A stretch of DNA of 64,000 nt from the NCBI RefSeq assembly GCF_964355755.1, contig NC_092672.1:29518437-29582436 (forward strand), given 5' to 3'. Shown here piece after piece: positions 50,241 through 62,385 of this stretch. The translations under genes were made by a program, and so were the position numbers. The notes beneath the pieces are model-generated. The model was not told the origin of the DNA. It did not search any database and saw only the letters and a list, made by a program, of their open reading frames with translations. The stretch comes from Antedon mediterranea (Eukaryota > Animalia > Echinodermata). Numbering within the stretch: position 1 is the first letter of the stretch; each line of letters starts with the position of its first letter.

Positions 50241-53200
50241 GATTATTAAACAATAATCTCACAAGAATACATGTAATTATGTCAATATAATAAAACAACA
50301 ACAGCTTTTAAACATATTTTTTTTCCCAGTTAAATTGAGTAATTATTTCCTGAGTTAGGTGAGATTAGTTGTAAGTTTGTTTTAGAACATTGTGGAATTT
50401 TTAAAAACAACCTGATTGGTTGGAAGTTAGAAGATGATGATTGGTTGAAAATATTTTCTTTCTTTTTTTTTTGGCGCATTATAATTAAACTGACAAAAAA
50501 GAAAAGAGTATGTCAAAGATAAAAAAATTTCATTTCCTGTCGTTTTTGGCCAAACTTTTTTATTATCATAAATATAAATATTGGTATTCTGAACAATTTG
50601 AGACTAAAACCAAGTTTCTATGACAACTGGTTTTTGAGATAATGAAAATATTTAAAGTTGAGGTCATAGGTCAAAAGTCCTACTTCCGGTCATTTTTCAC
50701 AAAAAACTTTCATTAGTGTGAATATAAAAATGCATATCGCGAGTACTTTGACACAAAAATTATATTTCTATGTCTGTTAGTTATCGAGAACTGCTAATGC
50801 CCTCAAATATGGACAAAATTGTGTAAAAATGTAAATGAAATTATGTCAAAGGTCAAAAATATCATTTCCGATCATTTTCGGACAAACTTTTGCATTACCA
50901 TGAATATAAATGTTGGTATTCTGCATAATTTGAGACTAAAATAAAGTTTCTATGACAACCGGTTTTTGAGATATGGACACCATTTAAAGACAAGGTCATA
51001 GGTCAAAAATCATACTTCCCGTAATTGTATACAAAAAACTTTCATTACAGCATATACAAACATACATATACTGAGTACTTTGGTACCAAAATTATATTTC
51101 TACGACCTCTGGTTCCTGAGAAATGCGAAAAAATGTTAATTTGTTAAAACCAACATGGCCGACTAAATGGGTAAAAAACAACCCCATGGGACACGATTTG
51201 AAAATGTTAACAACCTGATCTGGTTACCAGACATACTTGAGATTATAAAAAATCACATTAAAAAATTATACCTCAGGGGTGCATGGGAACCCCCTTTTCC
51301 TACTAGACTACTACTTTTGTCGGAAATATTCATTTTGTATTTTTTTATATATTTGGATTATTTGAATCATAAGCTTTGCAATGGTGTTTATTTCATAAAA
51401 ATTGAGTAAATATTTAAAAAGTTATTATATTTTAAAAACTTACAAATCATTCAATTAGTTTACGAGAAAATCGCGTTTGAAGTTTGCAATGAAATTCTTT
51501 TTGATACGCGCTGAAAACTCACTCCGTAGCAACGCGCTATGTTGGTCTAAGGCACAATGACGTCATACCAGGAAGTGTGTGCGATATAGCAGCAGCGTGG
51601 AAACTATGGTCAATTTGACTGATTTCAGACGCCGTTTTAACCTATTTAGTCACTCGAATTAACTATTTTGCACTATTGAAAAGCAGCATTATAACTACCA
51701 AGCTAATGTTAACTGGTTTCGGAAGTGTTTACGATATCAACGGCAAAAAACCAAGCAGGCCTAGGCCTAGCTAGGCGCGCCTATTCAGATTTTCGCCGTC
51801 ATCGCCTGTATTAAGACCTACTGATGATGGGTGTTCATCAGGCCGTGTATGGCAGCGGTGCGTCGACACGGGGGCTAGCGTTAGTCTAGACAAGTTAGGC
51901 GCCTTGCAGAGTCACAGCTAATTGCAAGCTAACATTACACTGTATTGGCGATTACATTTGTTTTTTTTTATAACGTGGAAGATTCGCTGTGGTGTTTGGG
52001 CTTGAATCCAATGATTTAAAAAAACATTTAATATGAAAGGAATGGACAATAAATTAAATAAATAATTAAGAGCCGATTGGATATATAAAATGTATAAATA
52101 AAACTATTGACAATAATATAAAGCTAGGCCCAGTAGTAGTAGGCCTACAACCATAATAAAATTAGGCCTAGGGCCTACTAGCCCAAAAAAATATAGAAAA
52201 TACAATTGAATTTATGACGTGAATTGTTTTTGACTTGTCTATTTTACTATGGAATAAACAAATACACACTACAGCTATTGCAGAACACTTTACTTTGAAT
52301 ATTAAAATCGTTTTTATTCCAATTTACGACATGCTGTGTGTACAATAAAAATAACCTCACAAAAATGTCAACAACTTTTTATTTCCGCGCGTAGAGCGTA
52401 TAACATCTAGCGCGTTGACCAATAACGTTTGTTATTGCGATGATGCGCCATAGCAACACACGCAGTTCGCTGTTCCAGAAACTTCGAAGAACCGAATTTT
52501 CTGAAATGATGTCATAGTAAATCAAAGTTTTCATTGGTTCCTTCTTTAAACTCCGCCCTAAAACTTCCATATTTGGAATGTCAAATGGATGAGCTTTATT
52601 TTGATGTGTGACCTTTCAACATTGTGCAGCGAACTGGCGATCAAAATGTTGTAAAACTCGGCAACTTTCAACTGAATTTACGCAAAATTTTAGCGTAGAT
52701 CGTGAATAAATTGTTAGGCTTGAGGAAAATACATGTTTTTAAAACTCTCTTTTTTCATAATTTTAGTTAAATTTCGGGAGTTTAAATCAGGTAGACGTAT
52801 TCTTAGATAGTGAAATATTTCGAAAATGCAAAAACATGTAATCTGCCAGGGTAGTCGATTTGGACGTATTTTGACTGATTACGTGAATTTTGAATTGCCG
52901 ACAAAGAGAGGGTTTTGCCAGATCGGGTCACAAATGTTGAAATAAAATTGTGTTTTTTAATGAACTGATTTAAAATACTTCGAAACAGTTCTTTAAAAAG
53001 ATCAGATTTATCGAGAGGAAGATTTTGGTTGTCCTCCCACATTATACAAATTGTGACAAGTAACATTGGATTTTTGGACATATCGCGTAATTCTTGATGT
53101 TTTCTATATTCAATGTAGAGCTCATTAATTAGTGATTTTCCCAGGGCAGGTTTGCCAAAATGCTTAAAATGCTTGTCAATATACTTTCTAATGTTTCTTT

Positions 53201-54654
53201 CCGTGAATCCTTTTACTCTTACGTGTACATTACACTCATTAATGAATGCCCTTATGTTCTCTGTTCGCAAGGTCAGTATCACTACACTATTCTTTAATGT
53301 TTCCCCTCTGAATAGACGAATAAAATCTTGATTCTGAAATCGTAATTCATCGAATCCATCTAGCAACAATACAATGTTGCTATCATGAATTTTTTGATTA
53401 CTTTGGAATCTTCTCCAAGATCAGTTTCCAGGTCAAATTCTTTCATATTTAGTTTATCTACCATAAGATCAAAGATTCCCTTCCCTTCCTCTAAATCTCT
53501 TATATTTAACAGAAATACAATTTTACCTTCAAACACATCAAATGATTTATCTGTACCTGCATTGTATGCTATGTGCCTTAATAGTGTAGTTTTACCTATA
53601 CCACCTTCACCATCTATAAGGACTTTGCACGCATGTGTTGATTTGATGGTAGCTAACACATCTTTTAATGTTGTTGACTCACTCTCTTTTGTGTTTTTAT
53701 TTCCCTTGAGTAGTTCCAACTCTGTGAATAGTTCAGAAATATCGACTTGGTAGGATTCATTCCATGTTGCTGGTGTAAACGTCTTGGCATTTTGCAGAAA
53801 TGTCTGCTGTTTACTTAGTAGATATACTTTTATCTTTTCTGTAGGATAAAATGAAAGGTAAATAAATAGGTGACACAACAAATGACATAATAAAAGATGA
53901 TGACGACGACGACAACAATGATGATGGAACACATTAATTGTGTTTACGCCATAAACATACACCCATATGTGTCTCTTACTGTATATTGAAATCAAAATTA
54001 ATATTTTGCCTTGAGACGAAAACAATAGTAAAATAAATCATGAAATGAAAGTTTTGTTTGCTGAAACTAAATTCATTGTATTGGAAAAGTTATTACGGTT
54101 TCTTTTATTAAGAAGACGTATAAAAAACACTAATGAGGAAATTATAATCAGTCTTGGACAAGCCACCATTAAAATAACTTTTTTTTTGTCAAAATGCGAG
54201 ATTTGATATCTATATATCCAAATGTAACCGAAACAAAATGTTAGGCTAAACTGCAAAGTTATAAAAACTCTCTGGGATTTGCTGTATTGTTGTATCATAA
54301 TTTAAGGTCTATGTCATCTAAATATGTACAAATAAGCTAAATATTCTAGGACAAAAATCTAAAAAGGGGTCATAAAAAACAAGGCCATTCTGTGGTTCAA
54401 TTTAAGGCCAACCAGTGGTCCGATTGCGCTAGACATGTTGGTCAGCCTTTGGTCCCAGGGCGCTAGACATAACTTTTCCCCAGCTTTTTTCACACAACTT
54501 TATTTTAGCTGAAAAATTAAAAGTTATAACACTTTACCTACTAATTTTTCCAAAATATTTTGGTATGAATAAATGACCCTTGACTTACTTTACCATTTTC
54601 CACCCTAGTTCCGCAAACTTGTTTGCATCTACGCCCTCTACAGCGAATAATTAA

Positions 54655-56375
54655 AGACCCCTTCCCTGCAATTTTGGACGTTTTTTGGAAAATAATACAT
54701 ATATATCACTTTAAAAACATTAAACCATGTCATTCCTTGTCTTAAATGTACGTTTTATGGTAAATTATGATAAAAAAGTGAGAAACAATGCACTACCTAA
54801 GTAGCTCGCGGCGATCGACCTCTCGTGGACGGTCTTAGGCCTAGTCTAGCTAGGCTTAGTTTTGTAGGCCTAGCTGGTAAACATCGATAACGTACGAACA
54901 TCGTACGCTAGCTATATACCTAGCCTGACGTTGTATAGTTGCTGCATTGGGGTGTCACGAAAGCTCAGACCACGAAAGCTCAGACCCCCTAAGACCTAAG
55001 ATCACGAAAGCTAAGACCCAACACCTAAGATTACAAATACTAAGATATACTACAGCTTAAAAACAATACTTGTTTATCCATACATAATTTTAAACACAGT
55101 AGGTTTCATTTATTACCATAAATATAATTTAATACTACCGCAAAACATAGATAAACTCACATTATTTTCGCCCGTTGAGTAAATGTATATTTTTTCTTTA
55201 CAACAAACAAACTTGACGGGTTGTTTGTTGGTATATATTTACTCCATTGTGTTGGTTCAGAGGATGTTTTTCTTACGCACCTGCCTTTCTTGTATTTTGA
55301 CTCCAAATTTGTTGACTAACTTTATCCTGAACACCACACTTTAAAATTAGGACTTATAAGTACTTTCAGAAGGAGAAACACATAATAACAAATAAATAAA
55401 TCCTTTAAATTGATGATTTTACAGATGTGTTTCTTTGTATACTGTAATGACAATGTAACTCCTCGAGCTCCCCATGCTCAATGTTTTTGTTTCTATGGAG
55501 CGCCAAAAGAGCAACAATAATAGTACAAGTATAAAAACAGAAAGAAAACGAAACAAAAAAACTTATCATGATTTTTAAATTAAAATTTATTTGCCAGTAT
55601 TTATTTCTTCGTACTTGCATGATTATACTATTATCATTACAATTTTAATTTTACATTGTTCCATCCACACTGTAGATGGACTCCACAGAGTTTTCAGCCC
55701 TCTATATAATTTTTGCTCTTTTGACGTTCCATAGAAACAAAAACATTGAACATTGCCCATGGGGTAGGCCTATTGTACTGTAGGCTAGTAATTTTGTGTG
55801 CGAGAAAAACGTCTGTAAAATCATCAATTTAAAAATGTATTTGTTACTTTTTATGTGATTCTTTTTCATGAAAGTGCCAATTCTAAGGTGTGGTATTCAG
55901 AATAAATGTTGGGAGTTAAAATACAAGGCAGGTGCGAAAGATAAATATTTGTAATCTTAGGTGTTGGGTCTTAGCTTTCGTGATCTTAGGTCTTAGGGGG
56001 TCTGAGCTTTCGTGGTCTGAGCTTTCGTGACACCCTGCTGCATTGATTTTCTTTCTATTTTTGCCAGACTCCGTTGATACAAATTGGGGAAAACCCGGTA
56101 TTTTCGCTGAAAAGTTAGGAGTCTTCCATTTGTTTTGGCTTCACGATCGATCGAAAAGTGGGCGAATTACAGGTGAAAAACAAAAATATCAATCCGCGCG
56201 CAATGCATTTTGGGATTTATAGCGGGCCGCTATAATTATTAGAATCGATTTATTTTTCACATTTAACCGTTTAAAGACGAAAAAAGTTATCGCAATAGGA
56301 CCATATAGTATTATTTTTACATTAAATATAGTTTGTGATCTTAAATTAGATCTAAAAAACGTAGGGAATGGGGCT
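54655..56375. mobile_element. Possible TTAA-target (Kolobok-like) non-autonomous element
   Basis: ttaa-agaccccttccct ... agggaatggggct-ttaa; interrupts a dispersed repeat present on both sides (gttataacactttac...ctacgccctctac near 54524 and 56394). Confidence 0.5.
54950..56035. mobile_element. Mutator-like (MULE) foldback MITE
   Basis: Perfect 90-bp TIRs (54950-55039, 55946-56035) with internal cacgaaagctcagac repeats; 10-bp TSD tgctgcattg (54940-54949, 56036-56045). Confidence 0.9.
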
Positions 56376-57368
56376 TTAACTAGCTTTCCGAACGTTATAA
56401 CACTTTACTTACTAAATTTTTTAAAAATATTTTGGTATGGATCGATAACCCTTGTCCTTTTTTAACATTTGCCTCCCTAGTTTCGCGAACTTTTTTTTCA
56501 CTTACGCTCTCTACGGCGAATAAGTAACTGGCTTTTATTTCACAATTTTTTGGTATGAATCGATGACTCTTGGCCTACTTTACAATTAGTTACGCGAATT
56601 TTTTTTCCTCTACGCCCTCTTATAACGTTTGTAAAAGATAGTTACTTATTCGCCGTAGAGGGCGTAAATGCATAAAATGGTATTGAACTTTGACCAGAAG
56701 AAAGCTAACATGTTGGTACAATAACAACTTAAATAGACAGTAATTACGTATTGAAATCTGTTTTTTTTTAAAATATTTGTGACTGTCCTTTTAATTGAAT
56801 TTGAATATGGAACTATAGGAACTACTGTAGTAACCAACTTCACAGGCATTGAAAAAAAAGAACTTGCCTAAACGGTGGAAAAGCACATAGGCCTACACCT
56901 AGCCTATATCCAGATAATCATAAATATAAAGACTTTACTAGTTTTTCATAATAATGCCTACTAAATACAGTTGAACCTCCGTGAGCAGCCACCTCGCCTA
57001 ACGGTCTCACTTTCAAAAGACCTTTTGTTCTTCCTATCTAATAAGTACATTTGGTACCTCCCGTAAGCGGCCATGGCCACATTTTTTACTAAAAATTTGA
57101 TTTTGTCATCATCTGTAGGCCTATTGATAGGCCATGGTTTTAAAAACATTTCTGTGAAAAACATTATTGTGTTTTTAGATGAGGTGAGAATCTACACAGA
57201 TTTTGACCAACCATTTCATGCATACAAGCTTTTAAAATGTGAAAATCATAAATAATACTAAACCACCTGATCATAAACAATAACATAAAATTTGTTGGAG
57301 AATGTAGAGGCCGTTGTGCATAGCCAATATACGTGATTTCGGCCCTCTATCGACAGAACTTCCCATAA

Positions 57369-57507
57369 AGCTTGGTTCCCACTTGGACGCAACGCAAGCG
57401 ATTTGACCAATGACTAACAACAGTTCGAATAATCCATCGATTGTGATTGGTCAACTCCCTTACGTTGCGTTACGTCGTTGTGTTCCGTCTCTAGTGGGAA
57501 CCAAGCA
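57369..57507. mobile_element. Harbinger-like MITE, family 2
   Basis: agcttggttcccact ... ctagtgggaaccaagca; flanks taa/tta; interior related to 16566-16734. Confidence 0.75.
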
Positions 57508-58414
57508 TTAGCGGTCGCCTCCCGTATGGCCAATTTTTTCTGATCCCGAGAGGGTGACCGCTTACGGTAGGTTTAACTGTAGTAGTCTAGCGCCCTTGGA
57601 CCACAGACTGGCCGTGTGTTTCAAGATATCAATATATGACTCTGGGCTGGCCGGATATCTAGCGCCCTTGGACTGGCCGAATGTCTAGCGCCATTGGACC
57701 ACATGACCCCTGCTCCAAATAAGGGGGTCATATCAATTTCAATTTCTGAAAATGACATCAAGGGCTAATATCCGCTTAAACATACAACATCATACAAACA
57801 AATACATATTTACATTTAAAATTGTTATCATTACTATAGTTGTTAGTTGTTATAGTCATTACTACTGTTTATCTATTTATTATTATTGTTATTGTTATGA
57901 ATATTATTGTTATTATAATTATAGTTAAAATTGTGTAATAAATTAAATTAAAGGTCATATCGGGCAGTTTTAATGTCAAGAATTATAGAAGAGGAAGATG
58001 AAAAGATTGAGCGAGAGAGAAAGAAGTATACATACTATGGTTTTCATCTTGAGGTGTTACAGGAAAATCTGTACAGCAAAAAATACATCAAGTTAAAATT
58101 GTAATGAGATGGTGTATCGTGACATGGTACTTTAATATTTCAATCGATTATGACAGTGTCGTGTCTATTTATTCGTTTCTGTAAACGACAATGTATATAT
58201 TCCTGCGGTACGTACATTTGAAATCGCCAGTTTTGTTACCTGAAATTACTGTGTATTCGAGAACCATCTGTGGGCACGACCTAAGATGGTACGCGAGCGA
58301 AGCGAGAATACCATCTAGTCCATAACAATTAGCCCAATACTGTAAACCACAATATAACATGTTGTTGTATCATATCTTTTGTTACGGCTGTGAGAGTGTC
58401 AATAAATTAAGGAA

Positions 58415-61400
58415 TAGTCCGGTGGCAGGAGGGGGGAATCACCACCCGAAAGGGGACAAATTGCCATCCAACTTTTCTAGACTAGAATTTTCCGTAGATT
58501 ACGAATATGAAAGGTAATCGATCAGGATAGGAAGCCTTTTCGAGATATAAGGGGTCAAAGTTCAAAATTGACCAATTACAACAATGTATTATGTATATGT
58601 ATTATAACAAATTTATTGAAGCACAATTTGGTCTGTTATTACATTTTTATAATTATAAGTGTCTATTCAATCACCTTATGAAAAAAAAATCCTTTGTGAT
58701 TAAGGGTCAAATGTCAATATTGACCAATCATAAAACGTACCTATAAAACCAAATAAAAACTAATATTTTAAAAAAATTGGATGTTTTCTCATCCTGTTAA
58801 TCAATCATACGCAATGTAAAAGAGCGAATACATCATTTCATCAGTTGACATAAGGTCAATTTCATCAGTTGACATAAGGTCAAAGGTCAACATTTTAATA
58901 CGCGTATTACTTAACAAATAAATGCAAAGTTGTCGAAACTATGATATTGATGGTTTTACAAGTAATCAAATTATTTGATTAGTAAAGTTATGTTATTTCA
59001 TTATAATACTGTATTTAATCAAAACAGACTTCGATCAAGATAGGAAGCGAATTGGAAGAGATAAGGAGTAAAAGTTCAAAATTGACCAATTATAACAATG
59101 TATTATATACATATGTATTATAACCAATTTATTAAAGTTCACTTTGGTCTTTTAATACATGTGTATGGTTATAGGTATTGTATGGTGTTATTCACACGCC
59201 TTATAAAACAAATACTTTGCAATTAAAGGTCAAATGTCAATATTGACCAATCACACAATTTGCATTTAAAACCAAATAAAAACTAACATTTAAGACAAAA
59301 TGATATGTTTTATCATTCTGTTAAGACATCTATCAATCATACACAATCAAAAGAGCACATTTATCATTACACAAGTCGACATGGGTCAAAGGTCAACATT
59401 TGAACAAATGATCCACTAAATAATGCAAAGTTATTCAAACTATGATATCGATGTTCATAAATGTAATCACATTATTTGATCAGTGAAGTTATGGTATTTT
59501 TATATTTTTTCTAGTGCGCATTATTTTAAATGTAATAATATAATACTGTAAAGTAAATAATAAAATTAATATTATGACGATTAAAATGTTATGATGTTAA
59601 AAAAAATGTTGCGCTGACCTTCAATGATTTGCCACTATACAGTTGCATTTATTAGGGCAACAATATTCGTTTTTGGAAAATAAACTACTATTCATCAGAA
59701 CCAGAGAATACCAATTCGTACAGGATAGGGCATAGGCAGATCCAGATCCAAACTCAATCCACAACTCACTACACAGACAGACCACAATTTTTATATAGTT
59801 TGGCCCATACAGGAAAGAGTTTCCTGTATACAAAGGATTCTAAAATAACCCATATGGATTTGCCCGAATGAACCCTCTGAGGACCCTTTTGGGATATCTA
59901 TGTGGTGTGCTTCTACATAAGGCCCTGTATTAGAAATTAGTAAATAGTTCATAGATGAACTATGGAATAAAACTAAATGTGCACCCTCAATCTTTAAATA
60001 ACATTTATGGATTTGCTCAAATGAACCCAAGGGCTGATCCTTCATGGACCTTTCGGGGTTCTCTATGTGGGGCTACAAGAGACCCTATATTGGAAATAAT
60101 GTATGTGGGGTGAAAATGTGGGTTCATAGAGATATAATAAATATCCCTGTGCGCCCTCGATCATCCATAAGGAACATTTTATGGATTTGCCCAAATTAAC
60201 CCAACCAAGGGCTGGTCGTTCTCCATGGATGGACATTAAGCTCCATAAATGGAAATATAAGGGGTGACACTGTGAGTTCATATAGACAGGCGCGGCTCAT
60301 GAATTAAGCTGCCTGTGCACTCTCGATCCTTAAGACAAATTTATGGATTTGCCCAAATTAACCCCCAAAGGCCGGTCCTCCATGGATGGACATTAAGCCC
60401 CATAATGGACATATAAGGGGTGACACTGTGGGTTCATAATAGACAGGCGGGCCCATGGAATAAAGCTGACTTGCACTCTCCATCCTTAAGGAACACTTAT
60501 GGATTTGCCCAAATTAACCCAAGGGCCGGTCATCCATGGACATTAAGCCTCATAATGGAAATATAAGGGGTGACAATGTTGGTTAATATAGACAGGCACA
60601 TGGAATAAAGCTGCCTGTGCACTCTCGATCCTTAAAGAACCGATTTGGATTTTGCCTAAAATGAAACAATTACAGCAGGTCATCTATTTAGACCCTTCTG
60701 TTGTTCTCTACTGTATGGTCAGTTCTACATTTGGCTCCTGTATGGGATCAATGCATTTGGCTACATAAGTTACTGTGTTAGAAATATATCGGGTAATTAA
60801 AACTGTAGGTTCCAATATTAAGACATGGGAAAAGCCTGTCTGTGCACCCTCAATCCTTTTAAAAGAACCCATATGGATTTGCCAAAATGAACTTCTGAAT
60901 TCTCTATGAGCCGTACATTCCGTTTATTGGAGATACATGGCTCAAAAGAAAGACATTGTACTGTATAGTAATAGTATTATTCCCCTTTCACACCTCTTTG
61001 AATTAAATCTGCCCTGATAATATGCTCTTTGTAAAGGCTTTCAAGGCAATAATCACACTTGTATTTTTCAAACAGTATAATCTATTAGATTGAATAAAAA
61101 TATCTATTATAAACAATTTGCCGTTAGAAATCTCTATGCCATGTCGTTATTTAGATGAGAAAAACAGGTCAAAGGTTAAAATTACAGAAAAATAGGTGTT
61201 TAAGTCACTTTTTGAAAAAAATGTTGCATTATGTAAAGTATAAACATATATATTGTGAACAATTTGACACCAAAATTGGCTCCTTACGACAAATATTTAT
61301 TAATGTTTTTATAACCTTATTCAATTATGTCAAAGGTTAATAACCACGCTTCCGGTCATTTTCAAGCAATATCATCTGTTATACTGAATATAAATGTATA

Positions 61401-61784
61401 TCTTGGGAACAATTTGCTCCTATTTTTAATTCTCTCCGACCTGCCGTTACTTAGATATAGCAAAAAGAGGTCAAAGGTCAAAATTGCTAACAATGGGTTT
61501 TCCGGTAAAATTTTCAAAGAAAGTTCTGTTAGAGCTAATATAAACATATACATTGTGAACAATTTGACACTAAAATTATCTCACTACGTCCAGAATTTCC
61601 AGAGATATAGCATGTTTTTATATTGGCCAATTTTGAACTTTGACCCCTTATATCTCGAAAACGCTTCCTATCCTGATCGATTACCTTCCATATTCGTAAT
61701 CTACGGAAAATTCTGGTCTAGAAAAGTTGGATGGCAATTTGTCCCCTTTCGGGTGGTGATATCCCCCCTCCTGCCACCGGACTA
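58415..61784. mobile_element. Non-autonomous Academ-like DNA transposon
   Basis: TIRs of about 160 bp, tagtccggtggcaggagggggg ... cccccctcctgccaccggacta; TAG...CTA ends; 3-bp TSD gaa (58412-58414, 61785-61787). Internal duplication of about 520 bp (near 58516 and 59030); no transposase. Confidence 0.85.
59780..60900. repeat. Degenerate satellite-like tandem array (units of about 150-230 bp)
   Basis: atggatttgcccaaattaaccc-like anchor recurs near 59853, 60007, 60181, 60343, 60499, 60646 and 60873, with shared gtgcac(t/c)ctc(g/a)atcctt motifs. Confidence 0.8.
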
Positions 61785-62385
61785 GAATAGAAGGATATGC
61801 ATCCGTTTGAGATCAAAGCTTCTATAACTCTAACCGACAGAGCGCGGAAAAATGTTACAAAAAAAACACAGTACACCGTCGCAACAACGAAACGGTCGCG
61901 TGCCTAATATATTGTTTACTGCACATGCGCGCAATAACCTTGAGCACTTTTAGTGGATATGTGCGCTATATAAATTGTTATATTATTATTATATTATATT
62001 ATAACCTTTAATATTGTTGGATAAATTTCGCGGTCTTAGTGTCATGATTAGTATTTCATATTATGTTTAGCGCTAGATCCTATGGCGACGAACAAAACTT
62101 TATGCGACGAATTTAATTCTAACTTTTCTGAATTCGAATTAAACGATCTCTTAGAAATATTAGATTAGATTATTAATAAATGTAATTACAATATTTAATA
62201 CAAATTGTTTGTAAATAGTAGTACCCTATGCTTTGAAAAATGTCACCATCGATGCATATCCTTCTATTCCTTGGAGTGTCCAAAGGGAAACGGATATAAT
62301 TCAATCCGATAATACGGTATCTGTACTAAAGTTTTCAAATTTAAAAAAAAAACGTCACTTGAATAACAAAATTACATTATTTTAG

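Larger units (their letters stand above)
44431..51310. mobile_element. Academ-type DNA transposon with 822-bp TIRs, deletion derivative
   Basis: TIRs 44431-45252 and 50489-51310 (fewer than about 10 mismatches by eye, with an internal repeat of about 330 bp); TAG...CTA termini; 3-bp TSD cta (44428-44430, 51311-51313); transposase remnants inside. Confidence 0.88.
44407..52931. mobile_element. Non-autonomous DNA transposon with 4-bp AAAT TSD (Sola1-like); about 1.65 kb once the nested Academ is removed
   Basis: TIRs gtgacccgatctggcaaaaccct ... agggttttgccagatcgggtcac; aaat at 44403-44406 and 52932-52935. An AWWT target is typical of Sola1; the superfamily call is inference. Confidence 0.85.
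41704..53838 (-). pseudogene. NLR (NACHT-LRR) innate immune receptor, disabled and interrupted by nested transposons; N-terminal exons not identified
   Basis: Acceptor at 53839. Walker A GEGGIGKTT, Walker B LLDGFDE, VVILTLR, VKGFT, NPMLL. Removing 44407-52935 joins ...FIST-FDDAPEEY in frame; then PHKLIVESLVGFYL and the LRRs to a stop at 41704. Lesions: frameshift near 53375, in-frame TGA at 43863, 1-bp deletion near 42460, stop at 42013. Confidence 0.9.
58411..62270. mobile_element. Small TIR element (about 490 bp net) whose left TIR is split by the Academ-like insertion
   Basis: Removing 58415-61787 restores ttaa-ggaatagaaggatatgcatc, the exact inverted copy of gatgcatatccttctattcc (62251-62270). 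Confidence 0.7.

Noticed and set aside
59780-60900. Recurring atggatttgcccaaa motif as a possible repeat-spacer array
   Set aside because: The sequences between anchors are homologous to each other, so this is a degenerate tandem repeat.
61327-61785. 152-aa ORF and other short ORFs overlapping TIRs (e.g. 51167-51409, 39194-39535, 39760-39942)
   Set aside because: They run through non-coding transposon termini and have no recognisable domains.
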